Shown: one piece after another, positions 28,961 to 37,324 of the stretch
How positions within the stretch are numbered: the first letter of the stretch is position 1
Layout: every line of letters starts with the position of its first letter
NCBI GenBank assembly: GCA_965224185.1
Contig: OZ245042.1
Span: 5,146,761 to 5,210,760, forward strand
Length of the DNA: 64,000 nucleotides
Direction of reading: 5' to 3'
Source: Rhodobiaceae bacterium
Lineage (GTDB): Bacteria > Pseudomonadota > Alphaproteobacteria > Rhizobiales > G965224185
The notes under the pieces: generated by a model
What the model was told of the DNA's origin: nothing
Databases searched by the model: none
What the model saw: only the letters and a program-made list of their open reading frames with translations
Made by a program: the position numbers and the translations under genes

Positions 28961-30817
28961 CTAAGCCGCCGCTTGGCCCAGATGCTCCTTGACCAACGCC
29001 ACCGCCGCATTGGCGTCAAGGCCGTAAGCAACGCCCATCTCGGAGGCGATACCCCGATTGGCGGCGGCACCGCCGCAGATCAGCAGGAACCGGTCGCTCT
29101 TGCCTTGCTCTTCCAGCAAATCCTTGACCTTTTTGACATAGACCGCCGAGGAATTGGTCATGACCGACATGCCGATCGCCACGGCGTCTTCCTTTTCCGC
29201 CGTCTCGACGAACTGCTCGGGCTTCACGTTCTTGCCAAGATCGATGACATTGAACCCGCTCGCCTTCAGCATCAGGCAGACCAGGTTCTTGCCGATGTCC
29301 TGAGTGTTGCCGCGCACCAGGCCGACCACCACGGTGCCTGTCGGCCCTTCGTTGTCGCCCGAGGCTTCCAGCAGCGGGGTGAGAATGGGCATCGCTTTAT
29401 CCATGGTCTTGGCGGCCTTGAGCATGTCGGTCACAAATCGCTCATTGCGCTCATACATGTCGCCGACGATCTTCATGCCGAGCGACAGTCCACCGAACAC
29501 GATCTCCTGGGCGTTCATGCCGCGGTCGAGACCCGTCTTGGTCCATTCGATCGCCTTGTCGCCGTCATATTCCATGATCGCCTCGACAAGCTTTTGATTG
29601 ACCTCATCGGCGGGTGTGGAGTCCGTCGATTCACTTTTGGCCCACAGCTTCCGCATCTGTTCGTCGCCTTCGGTCGACGGTGCGCGCTTGCCGGGATGGT
29701 TGGGATGTCCGGCGAGATAGATGTTCGACAGATCGCCCAGTGCCGCCACATCCATCGGATATTTGATCTCCGCGCATTGCTGGATCATGGCGTGCATGTT
29801 TTCGTCGGGAATGTTCCAGTCGATGTCACAACCCGGCATGACGATCATTCCGCCGTTATAGCCAACCTCGGCGGCCAGTTTCTTGACCTCGTTGCGCACG
29901 TCCTCCGGCGAGCCGTGCATCAACGTGGAAAACGGCGACAGCGTTCCCATCAGGGAAATCTCGCCACCGATCGCCTGTTTGGCCTTATCCATGCCCGGAT
30001 ACATATCGCCGTTGAAATTGCAGCACCCGTTTTGCGATATGTCGCGCCAAATGGGCTGGGTGAACGTGCATGTGTGGGTGAACGCGGCACCCTTCAGCTC
30101 CTCGTTGATATATTTGAACAGCCGTTTCTGATAGGGCAGGCCGTGCTTGCGGTAGACGTCCGGCGGCAAGATGTCGGTCGAGTTGAACGGATCAAGAATG
30201 TTGGTGGCGTCGAGCCCCGCCTCGAACATCATCCGACACACATTTTTGACGATATCGAGCGCGAGTTCGGTTACCTCGTCCGCATAGTCCGGATCCTCAT
30301 TCAGATAGGTCAGAAACTCCGACGATCCGGTCATCAACTGGGCCGTGGTGATCGGCCCGCCGACGGGTGTTGGTATGGCGTGGGTGTCCTTGTAGCCGAG
30401 TTCGATGAACGTGCGGATTTCCTTTTGAATCTCCAGCAACCGGGCGGAGGGTTGAAAGCCCTCGCGCTCATACTTTTCCTTGAAGCGGTAAAAAGCCTCC
30501 TTGGTGGGCGTCGGGTGCCTGACCAGCGAGGGTTGGGCGTAAGGCAGGTAGTCGAGCTCGCAGCCGTCGACGCACTCCACGGGGGTAAACAGATCTGTGC
30601 CGGCAATGATGGCATCGCCGCCGAATTTCTTCTCCGCCTTGGCCTTGGCATGTGCCGAAGCCACACCGTCGCGCAGTGCCTGGTCGACCGTGATGCCGCC
30701 CTCGCGAATCCCCCGCGTCATCAACAGCGGCACCACCGGAACCTGGTCGGGCAGCCCCTGCATGAGACACGCGGTAAAGAACCGTTCACGCCCGGTCATT
30801 TTTTCAATCTGTGCCAT
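28961..30817 (-). CDS. cmuA: CmuA-type bifunctional methyltransferase I / corrinoid-binding protein
   Basis: 618 aa. The N-terminal MtaA/URO-D-like methyltransferase carries an H-x-C zinc motif (FTHTC) and a downstream Cys (MPGCD). The C-terminal B12-binding domain reads VVVGLVRGNTQDIGKN...GMSVMTNS...LICGGAA. Size and fusion architecture match CmuA. Confidence 0.85.
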   Translation of the reverse strand: MAQIEKMTGRERFFTACLMQGLPDQVPVVPLLMTRGIREGGITVDQALRDGVASAHAKAKAEKKFGGDAIIAGTDLFTPVECVDGCELDYLPYAQPSLVRHPTPTKEAFYRFKEKYEREGFQPSARLLEIQKEIRTFIELGYKDTHAIPTPVGGPITTAQLMTGSSEFLTYLNEDPDYADEVTELALDIVKNVCRMMFEAGLDATNILDPFNSTDILPPDVYRKHGLPYQKRLFKYINEELKGAAFTHTCTFTQPIWRDISQNGCCNFNGDMYPGMDKAKQAIGGEISLMGTLSPFSTLMHGSPEDVRNEVKKLAAEVGYNGGMIVMPGCDIDWNIPDENMHAMIQQCAEIKYPMDVAALGDLSNIYLAGHPNHPGKRAPSTEGDEQMRKLWAKSESTDSTPADEVNQKLVEAIMEYDGDKAIEWTKTGLDRGMNAQEIVFGGLSLGMKIVGDMYERNERFVTDMLKAAKTMDKAMPILTPLLEASGDNEGPTGTVVVGLVRGNTQDIGKNLVCLMLKASGFNVIDLGKNVKPEQFVETAEKEDAVAIGMSVMTNSSAVYVKKVKDLLEEQGKSDRFLLICGGAAANRGIASEMGVAYGLDANAAVALVKEHLGQAAA

Positions 30818-30849
30818 TTTCTCCTCCTGGCTAGGGCAACCAAGTTGCT

Positions 30850-32106
30850 TCAGTTGTGGCCGTTTCCGGCTCTGGATTCCGATGGTAATGCGCCGCCGGC
30901 GCGGCGTGTGGACCGCAATGGGCGCGCAATGACGGCGACGTCGGGATGGTCTCCGATGATTTCAGGGGCCGGGCTGTCGGCCGCGGCGACCAGCTTGTCG
31001 ACAATCGCCCGCGTGGGGCCGATATCGGCGAGCGCCTTGATGTCGTCGAGATCGAGCGTCTTTGCCATTTTGGCTCCCAGGGCGCATTCCTCGACACAGA
31101 TGGGCTCACTGATATTGTCCGGCGGCGCGGCAATCGATGGACCGGCCATCGCAAGATCGGCGGCGAATCGCGCAATGGCGCCCCGATCGCCCCGCTTGGC
31201 GGCGGCGCCGAGCGCAATCAAGTCGACCGGTCCATGCAGGATCATGTCGCCAGGCACTTCGCGGCGGATAACGTCCAGTTCCATGCCCTTGGCATAAAAG
31301 TCCAGATTGAGGATCTCGACGCCGAGATCCGCCAGATCGGGAAGAATGGACCGCACGCCGCCACATGAATGCATGCAGATCGCGGCGTCCGTGTGCTTGC
31401 GGATTCGCGAAATCAGGGTTTTCAACCGCGGGTGAAGAAAGTTGCGAAAATCCGTATCCGACAGGTACATGCCGCCTTGAAATCCAAGATCGTCGCCGTA
31501 AACGACGATGTCAGGCTGCTCCGGAAGCGCTGTGAGCATGTGCTCGTAAGCGGCGGTGATCACATCAAGCGCCCAGTCGAGAAGCGCATTTGCAATCCGC
31601 CAGTCTCCGGTGACGTCATCGAGGAATTGCCAGCCGTTGCGCAGCGCGAAGCACGTGTCCAACAGGCCGGGACAAGGGGCATCGGCAACAACGAGCAGGC
31701 TGCCGCTATCGGTTGCCACCTGTAACTTCGACGACAATTCCGGGCGGGGATATCGGGAGATTTCCGGCCAGCCGGCATGTTCGAGCGGATGAGACAATTG
31801 CGCCGGATAGCCATCCGCCCAAAGCCATACGACGCCGTACGCGTCCTTGAAATTGTGCTCCTCATCGCCATCCGGGCGGGGATAGAGCAGGCCAACACGC
31901 TGACAGTCGGAGCCGAGCGCACTGCATTCCCGTGCGCTGAGCGGCAGGGTTTCATACACCGGATGGGCAACATGCTTCAGGATCGGCATTCCATGACACG
32001 CGCGTAAGCGTATTCCCGTGAGCGATGATGTGCCGACATCGACGATGAGCCGCTCCCCGGCCAGCGCGTCGATGCGCGGCTTCCATCCATGTCCGTTGGT
32101 TTTCAT
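30850..32106 (-). CDS. cmuC: CmuC-like URO-D/MtaA-family methyltransferase
   Basis: 418 aa, URO-D-like (YGDDLGFQGG, ICMHSCGG H-x-C motif). The start overlaps the cmuB stop (ATGA). Confidence 0.7.
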   Translation of the reverse strand: MKTNGHGWKPRIDALAGERLIVDVGTSSLTGIRLRACHGMPILKHVAHPVYETLPLSARECSALGSDCQRVGLLYPRPDGDEEHNFKDAYGVVWLWADGYPAQLSHPLEHAGWPEISRYPRPELSSKLQVATDSGSLLVVADAPCPGLLDTCFALRNGWQFLDDVTGDWRIANALLDWALDVITAAYEHMLTALPEQPDIVVYGDDLGFQGGMYLSDTDFRNFLHPRLKTLISRIRKHTDAAICMHSCGGVRSILPDLADLGVEILNLDFYAKGMELDVIRREVPGDMILHGPVDLIALGAAAKRGDRGAIARFAADLAMAGPSIAAPPDNISEPICVEECALGAKMAKTLDLDDIKALADIGPTRAIVDKLVAAADSPAPEIIGDHPDVAVIARPLRSTRRAGGALPSESRAGNGHN

Positions 32107-33008
32107 GCCGAAGCCAACTTGAACATTTTCAAGAGCGAATGCCCCTCTGGTAAGGTGTGCCCATCAAGTTCCTGGGCCGCGAAGCCGAGAAACGTCTCCA
32201 CCGATCCGAGCGCGTGGGCCGCCAGCCTTGCCTTTTCGATGATGCCGTAGTGGAGGAAGTCGCCGCCAAAGCAGCGGCAGGCCGCCAACGCGGCGCCCAG
32301 CGACACGTTGACCCATTCACGTCCCAGCCTGTCGAGCCCCGTCCATTGCGGGAACGCATTGGAAAATGCGCACCCGGCCGGATATCCGAACCGTTCGCGT
32401 ACCCCCTCGATACCGCGCATTGCCAAGCCGATGGACGGCGCGTCCATGACACCCAGGTCGACAATCGGGACGTCGCACCCGATCTCTTGGAGTATTGGAT
32501 GAAAGTGGCTGTCGATCATGGCGCATGCCCCCTCGGCCGAGAGGTCGGAAATGTCGTTGGCCAAGATCATTATGCCGGCCGGCTTGTACCGTCCGAGTGC
32601 CTCGATCTCCTCGTCTTCGGTGTCTTCGGTGAGCGAGGCAAAGACCGAGCGGTCCAGGATCTTCAGTTCCGCCGCCTTTTTGAGGCCGGCGATGCGAACA
32701 TCCGCTTCCGTGGCGTTGATGAAAATCGGCAAGGTGGTGCGTTCCGCCACGAATGGCAGTGACGTGGCGATGGCCGCCTCCGTGGCGCCGATCACATCGA
32801 AGGCCATTTGAACACCATATGTTTCGGCAAGCCCGTTCACCCGTTCAATCAGCGCCGCCGCACGAGCCCGATCGAACGTGCCCTCAAACGGGTCTTCGAT
32901 AATGGAGTGGTTGTCGTAGAAGATGCTGCCGACGGCCCAGCCCGTATGCGATCCCAACGGTCCACCGATTGTGGCGTCACCGATTTTCACGAACTTTGGA
33001 TCGGCCAT
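32103..33008 (-). CDS. cmuB: CmuB-like methylcobalamin:tetrahydrofolate methyltransferase (MtrH family)
   Basis: About 300 aa with an MtrH-like pattern (IGG.LG....WAVGSIFY, FDVIGAT, PIFINAT). It is the first gene of the operon, with an SD gaggagg before ATG 33008. The track start at 33011 is a GTG. Confidence 0.75.
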   Translation of the reverse strand: MADPKFVKIGDATIGGPLGSHTGWAVGSIFYDNHSIIEDPFEGTFDRARAAALIERVNGLAETYGVQMAFDVIGATEAAIATSLPFVAERTTLPIFINATEADVRIAGLKKAAELKILDRSVFASLTEDTEDEEIEALGRYKPAGIMILANDISDLSAEGACAMIDSHFHPILQEIGCDVPIVDLGVMDAPSIGLAMRGIEGVRERFGYPAGCAFSNAFPQWTGLDRLGREWVNVSLGAALAACRCFGGDFLHYGIIEKARLAAHALGSVETFLGFAAQELDGHTLPEGHSLLKMFKLASA

Positions 33009-33035
33009 CACTCCTCCTCTCGCCCTTGCCTCCGT

Positions 33036-33051
33036 TTGGCGGTGCCGCCAA
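33036..33051. promoter_or_regulatory. Palindrome TTGGCGG-TG-CCGCCAA in the cmuB leader
   Basis: Perfect 7-bp arms, read directly from the sequence. It could be a leader hairpin or a protein-binding site. Confidence 0.35.
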
Positions 33052-33080
33052 GGTCTCGGGATAGGATTCCGAAATATCCG

Positions 33081-33102
33081 TTAGACAGACAGGTCTGTCT
33101 AA
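33081..33102. promoter_or_regulatory. Perfect 22-bp palindrome TTAGACAGAC-AG-GTCTGTCTAA (candidate TetR operator)
   Basis: 10-bp perfect inverted arms with a 2-nt spacer, centred in the 135-bp cmuB/tetR divergent intergenic region. Confidence 0.55.
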
Positions 33103-33143
33103 ATTAAGCTTGAAAACGGCGAAAACGTCAACCGGCTTGTGGA

Positions 33144-33845
33144 TTGAATGTCGCGGACCAATATTGCTATAGGGACGAAACCTTGGCGGACCGATTTGAC
33201 GGTCGGCCGAGCCTAGAGAAACGAAGTCGTGGGTTGCGAACCGTGCCTGACACAGCGGGAAAACGTCAAAAAGCCGATAAAGCGGATGCGAAAAACCGCA
33301 TCCTGAACGCGGCTTATGACCTGTTTGCAACCCAGGGCGTGGCCCAGGTGGGGGTCGACAAGGTCATCGCCAAATCCGGCTGCGCCAAGGCGAGCCTCTA
33401 CAATCAGTTCGGTTCCAAGCAGGGATTGGCGATCGCATTTCTGGAACGCCGGGAGGAATTGTGGACGAAGGGCTGGCTGGAAGCGGAACTCCTGGCGCGG
33501 TCGAAGGAGCCGACTGAACGCCTGCTCTCGGTGTTCGACATCTTTGACGAATGGTTCCGCCGCACCGATTTTGAAGGCTGTGCATTTATCAATGTGCTGC
33601 TCGAAACGGAGCGCAACAGCCCGATCAACCGCTCGGCCGCCGAACATCTCGGCAATATTCGTGCGATTCTGCGTGAATTGGCCGAGCAGGCGACGCTCGA
33701 CGATATCGATGCATTCTGTCAGATCTGGCATATGCTGATGAAAGGCTCCATCATCGCCGCCGGCGAAGGCCACCGTTCCGCCGCGCGCGACGCAAAAAGA
33801 GCGGCGCATTTGATCCTCGACAATTGGCCGCGCGCCGAGAGGTGA
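33144..33845 (+). CDS. TetR/AcrR family transcriptional regulator
   Basis: HTH ILNAAYDLFATQGVAQVGVDKVIAKSGCAKASLYNQFGSKQGL. The start is uncertain: TTG 33144 in the track, or an in-frame GTG at 33243 that gives about 200 aa. Confidence 0.85.
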   Translation: MNVADQYCYRDETLADRFDGRPSLEKRSRGLRTVPDTAGKRQKADKADAKNRILNAAYDLFATQGVAQVGVDKVIAKSGCAKASLYNQFGSKQGLAIAFLERREELWTKGWLEAELLARSKEPTERLLSVFDIFDEWFRRTDFEGCAFINVLLETERNSPINRSAAEHLGNIRAILRELAEQATLDDIDAFCQIWHMLMKGSIIAAGEGHRSAARDAKRAAHLILDNWPRAER

Positions 33846-33954
33846 CGAGCAGCGGTTCGCAGCCTCAAGATTGGTCAAGCGGCGCGTTGCGATCGTCCAT
33901 CGGCAAATCTACTTGTCTTTGCCGCCATTGCCTGATTGTTTGCCGTTGAATCAA

Positions 33955-34893
33955 ATGAAGATCAGCATGAGCGCACAAGACGGACATCCGCATTTGAATA
34001 TTATCGATCGGGCTTTGGCGGCGACCAGCGCCCGGCCGCGTTTGACGATGTTCGTTGTCGTCGGATTATGCGCGGTGGTTGGTTGGACATATTTCGCCGC
34101 CATGGTGGCGCAGATGGCCGAGAACGTGGACCCGCGTGTATTTGGCCCGGGCATGTCATTGTTGTCCGGCCTGTTCGATGCCGCGCCCCGCGTGGCCGAC
34201 CACACGGCCATCCACGGCAATTCCGGCATTCTCGCCATGCCGGCGCTCGGTCCGTGGGGCCCGCGCGACCTGGGCCTGGTGCTGTTGATGTGGACCATGA
34301 TGGCCTGCGCCATGATGATGCCCACGGCGGCGCCGATGCTGTCGACATACGCGGATATCGCCGATACGGCGGCCAAAGGCGGCAAGCATGCGGTGTCGGT
34401 GGTGGTGCTCGCCGCCGGCTATCTCGTTGTGTGGCTCGGTTTTGCCGTGGTCGCCACGCTGCTGCAATGGGGCCTGACGGAATTGCGGCTGATGTCGCCG
34501 CTGATGGAGCCGGTCGCCGAAGTGTTCGCCGGCACGACGATGGTCGCCGCCGGCATCTACCAGTTCACGCCGGCCAAGGCGGCCTGCCTGACGCGCTGCC
34601 AGCGCCCGTTCCCGTACTTTTTCAGCCGCTGGACCGATCGGACGGCCGGTGTCTTTCGGCTGGGTTTGGAGCAGGGCCTCTTCTGCCTCGGCTGCTGTTG
34701 GGCGCTGATGATCGTCATGTTCGCGGTCGGCGTCATGAATGTGGTCGCCATTGCCGTGCTGACGCTGATCATGGCGATCGAAAAGACCGTGCCGCTGCGC
34801 TGGGTGTCGCACGGCGTGGGCGTTCTGTTCCTGGCGGGTGGGGCGCTGATTTTGGTGTTTTCCGAACCCGGACGCACCCTGTGCGGCTTCTGA
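33955..34893 (+). CDS. DUF2182 predicted metal-binding membrane protein
   Basis: Polytopic membrane protein with LLMWTMMACAMMMPTAAPML and C-terminal GLEQGLFCLGCCWALM motifs. The start is ATG 33955 or 33967. Confidence 0.7.
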   Translation: MKISMSAQDGHPHLNIIDRALAATSARPRLTMFVVVGLCAVVGWTYFAAMVAQMAENVDPRVFGPGMSLLSGLFDAAPRVADHTAIHGNSGILAMPALGPWGPRDLGLVLLMWTMMACAMMMPTAAPMLSTYADIADTAAKGGKHAVSVVVLAAGYLVVWLGFAVVATLLQWGLTELRLMSPLMEPVAEVFAGTTMVAAGIYQFTPAKAACLTRCQRPFPYFFSRWTDRTAGVFRLGLEQGLFCLGCCWALMIVMFAVGVMNVVAIAVLTLIMAIEKTVPLRWVSHGVGVLFLAGGALILVFSEPGRTLCGF

Positions 34894-34920
34894 GTTTGTT
34901 ATCGAGTGGGAGGAAATGTC

Positions 34921-35535
34921 GTGGCCAATGAGCCTTGGAAATTGACCGGAGAATTGGTGTTGTCGTGCAATTGCACGGTGTTTTGTCCCTGCGTCATCTC
35001 GCTCGGCGACCACCCGCCGACGGAAGGCTATTGCCAGACTTGGGCCGGGATCCGGATCGAGGAGGGGCATTTCGGTGACGTCGATCTGTCCGACATCAAT
35101 ATGGGATTGGTCATGGAAATCCCCGGCCTGATGAGCCGCGGCAACTGGTCGGCCGGCGTGTTCATCGACGACAATGCCTCCATCTACGCGGTCAAGGCAT
35201 TGACCAAAATCTTTTCCGGACGGGCTGGCGGCACGACCGGTCTCCTAAGCATTCTGGTCGGCAATTTCCTTGGCGTGCGCCAGGCGCCGATCACCTACGA
35301 AATCAGGGACAAGACGCGGATCTTCCAGATACCGAAGATTATCGACGGAGCAGTGACGCCCATTGCCGCAAAGGACCGGGACGGCGACGTTGTGATATCC
35401 AATTCGCAATACTGGATTGCGCCGGATATAATCGTCTGCAAGTCGGACAAGAGCCGCATGCGCGCATTCGGCCGCAATTGGAACTTCGCCGGCCGGTCAG
35501 CGGAATTGTGCCGTCTTGACTGGGCAGGTCCGTAG
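34921..35535 (+). CDS. DUF1326 domain protein
   Basis: WKLTGELVLSCNCTVFCPCV is the Cys-rich N-terminus typical of DUF1326. GTG 34921 follows gggagga. It is the usual genomic partner of DUF2182. Confidence 0.7.
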   Translation: MANEPWKLTGELVLSCNCTVFCPCVISLGDHPPTEGYCQTWAGIRIEEGHFGDVDLSDINMGLVMEIPGLMSRGNWSAGVFIDDNASIYAVKALTKIFSGRAGGTTGLLSILVGNFLGVRQAPITYEIRDKTRIFQIPKIIDGAVTPIAAKDRDGDVVISNSQYWIAPDIIVCKSDKSRMRAFGRNWNFAGRSAELCRLDWAGP

Positions 35536-35581
35536 TTTTCCGTTACATTTGTGGCTCGATTGCACTAAATATGAATTTGAT

Positions 35582-36304
35582 ATGACACCCAATATTGCGG
35601 CATTTTCAGTTCACTTAATCACCGCCTCCGGTGCGCTGTGGGCGTTTGCGGCCACTTTGGCCGCGGCGGAAGGCCGGTGGCTGCCCATGTTCTGGTGGCT
35701 TGGCCTGGCCCTGTTCGTCGATGCCATAGACGGCCCGTTGGCTCGCAAATACGAGGTCTCCCGGAGATTGCCGCGATGGAGCGGCGACGCGTTGGATTTC
35801 GTGATCGACTACGCGACCTATGTTTTCATTCCCGCTTTTGCGCTCTACCAGTCAGGCATGCTGACCGAAAGTGCCGCCATCTACTGCGCGGGAATCATCA
35901 CCATCACCGGCGCGCTTTATTTCGCCGACCGCAACATGAAGAACGAGGATTGCAGCTTCCGGGGGTTTCCCGCGGTGTGGAACGCGGTGCTGTTCTGCAT
36001 TTTCGTGTTCAAGCCGCCGATAGAAGCGATCGTCGCCGCTGTCACCATTTTGGGAATTTTGACCTTCACGCCCATTAAATTCATCCATCCGGTCCGGGTT
36101 AAGATGTTCCGGCCTTTGACGCTGACGATGACGGTCGTCTGGTCACTGTTCGCCGCCCTGGCGCTGGCCTACGAACTCAATCCGCCCGAGGTGGTCGTCA
36201 TCTGCCTGGCCATTGCCAGCGCCTATATGTTCTGCATCGGTTTTGTCGTGCAATTGGCGGAACGCCATCGGTCCCGCGATCTCGATCATCACCGAATTTT
36301 ATGA
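35582..36304 (+). CDS. pcs: Phosphatidylcholine synthase
   Basis: AFSVHLITASGALWAF...MFWWLGLALFVDAIDGPLARKYEV...WSGDALDFVIDYATYVFIPAFALYQSGM closely follows rhizobial Pcs (CDP-alcohol phosphatidyltransferase motif DG..AR........G..LD...D). Confidence 0.85.
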   Translation: MTPNIAAFSVHLITASGALWAFAATLAAAEGRWLPMFWWLGLALFVDAIDGPLARKYEVSRRLPRWSGDALDFVIDYATYVFIPAFALYQSGMLTESAAIYCAGIITITGALYFADRNMKNEDCSFRGFPAVWNAVLFCIFVFKPPIEAIVAAVTILGILTFTPIKFIHPVRVKMFRPLTLTMTVVWSLFAALALAYELNPPEVVVICLAIASAYMFCIGFVVQLAERHRSRDLDHHRIL

Positions 36305-37026
36305 CCGGATGGATATCTGACCCGCAAATCTGGGCCAGTCTCATCACGTTGACCGTGATGGAGATCGTTCTCGGCATCGACAATATCGTCTTCATTTCGG
36401 TCATTGTCGGGCGCCTGGAGGCGGCAAGCGCCAAACGAGCGCGCCAGATCGGCCTGGCCTTGGCGCTGATCTTTCGGGTGATCCTGCTGATGGCGCTCAC
36501 CTGGCTGATCGGCCTGACCCAGCCGCTCTTCACATTCCAGGGCGAGGAATTCTCCTGGCGCGATCTGATCCTGCTTGCCGGCGGCCTGTTCCTGTTGGTC
36601 AAGGCGACCCATGAAATTCACGACGGTATCGAAAGTGCCGGCGAGGAAGACGGTCCCGCGAGCAAGGGCGGTACTTTCGCCAGCATTATTATGCAGATCA
36701 TCGTCATCGACATGGTGTTCTCGGTTGATTCCATCGTCACGGCCATCGGCATGGCCGAACACGTTGAGGTGATGATCGCTGCCGTGGTGATCTCCATGGC
36801 CGTGATGTATGTCGCCTCCGGCGCGATCGCCGACTTTATCGAGCGTCACCCGACGACCAAGATGCTGGCGCTGTCATTCCTGCTGCTCATCGGCGTGGCA
36901 TTGATCGCCGACGGCATCGGTTTCCACATTCCACGCGGTTACATCTATTTCGCCATGGCCTTCGCGGCCGGTGTTGAGGCCATCAATATCCTCGCCAAGC
37001 GCCGCTCCGACGCCTCAAAACGATAG
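36301..37026 (+). CDS. TerC-family integral membrane protein
   Basis: LTVMEIVLGIDNIVFISV and VFSVDSIVTAIGM are the duplicated TerC motifs. The start overlaps the pcs stop (ATGA). Confidence 0.85.
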   Translation: MTGWISDPQIWASLITLTVMEIVLGIDNIVFISVIVGRLEAASAKRARQIGLALALIFRVILLMALTWLIGLTQPLFTFQGEEFSWRDLILLAGGLFLLVKATHEIHDGIESAGEEDGPASKGGTFASIIMQIIVIDMVFSVDSIVTAIGMAEHVEVMIAAVVISMAVMYVASGAIADFIERHPTTKMLALSFLLLIGVALIADGIGFHIPRGYIYFAMAFAAGVEAINILAKRRSDASKR

Positions 37027-37324
37027 GCCTGCCAAGTCCGCGGGCAAGGATGCGAACGCCAGGGCGCAATGGCGCGGCCAGGGCCAAACCCGGACTTGGG
37101 GAGGTTTGTTGGTGCCGAGACCCGCCGCGACGGCAGCGTTGTCGACGGCGCATGCCCGCCAATGCTCACACTGTTTTTGTTGTAATATACGTTCTAACAC
37201 GTAGTTTTCGTTTGAATTTAATTCCTATTTAACTCCGATTACGAAATAACCGCAAATATTCGATGTTTTTAGTCGAAATCAATTGTTATCGCTCATTATT
37301 GTGCGCACAAACTATTACTCTGCC

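Noticed and set aside
28973-31297. 774-aa plus-strand ORF, the longest in the track
   Set aside because: It lies entirely antisense to cmuA and cmuC. Its Arg/Gly/His/Asp-rich, low-complexity composition is typical of open antisense frames in GC-rich DNA. The minus-strand products have strong domain signatures.
33012-33143. Possible cobalamin riboswitch in the cmuB leader
   Set aside because: The leader is only about 130 nt and I see no B12-box-like conserved core. The palindromes look like protein operators or simple hairpins. An Infernal scan would settle it.
34901-34911. 11-nt match (atcgagtggga) to the 3' end of guaA (9127-9137), considered as a possible attR of the guaA island
   Set aside because: The match does not extend on either side, is too short for an att core, and falls between the functionally paired DUF2182 and DUF1326 genes. 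It is probably coincidental. A computational repeat search is needed.
33936-35070. Alternative-frame ORFs 33936..34931 (+) and 34156..35070 (-) over the DUF2182 gene
   Set aside because: Their extremely Arg/Gly/Asp/His-rich sequences lack hydrophobic structure. The 33955..34893 frame encodes a coherent polytopic membrane protein.
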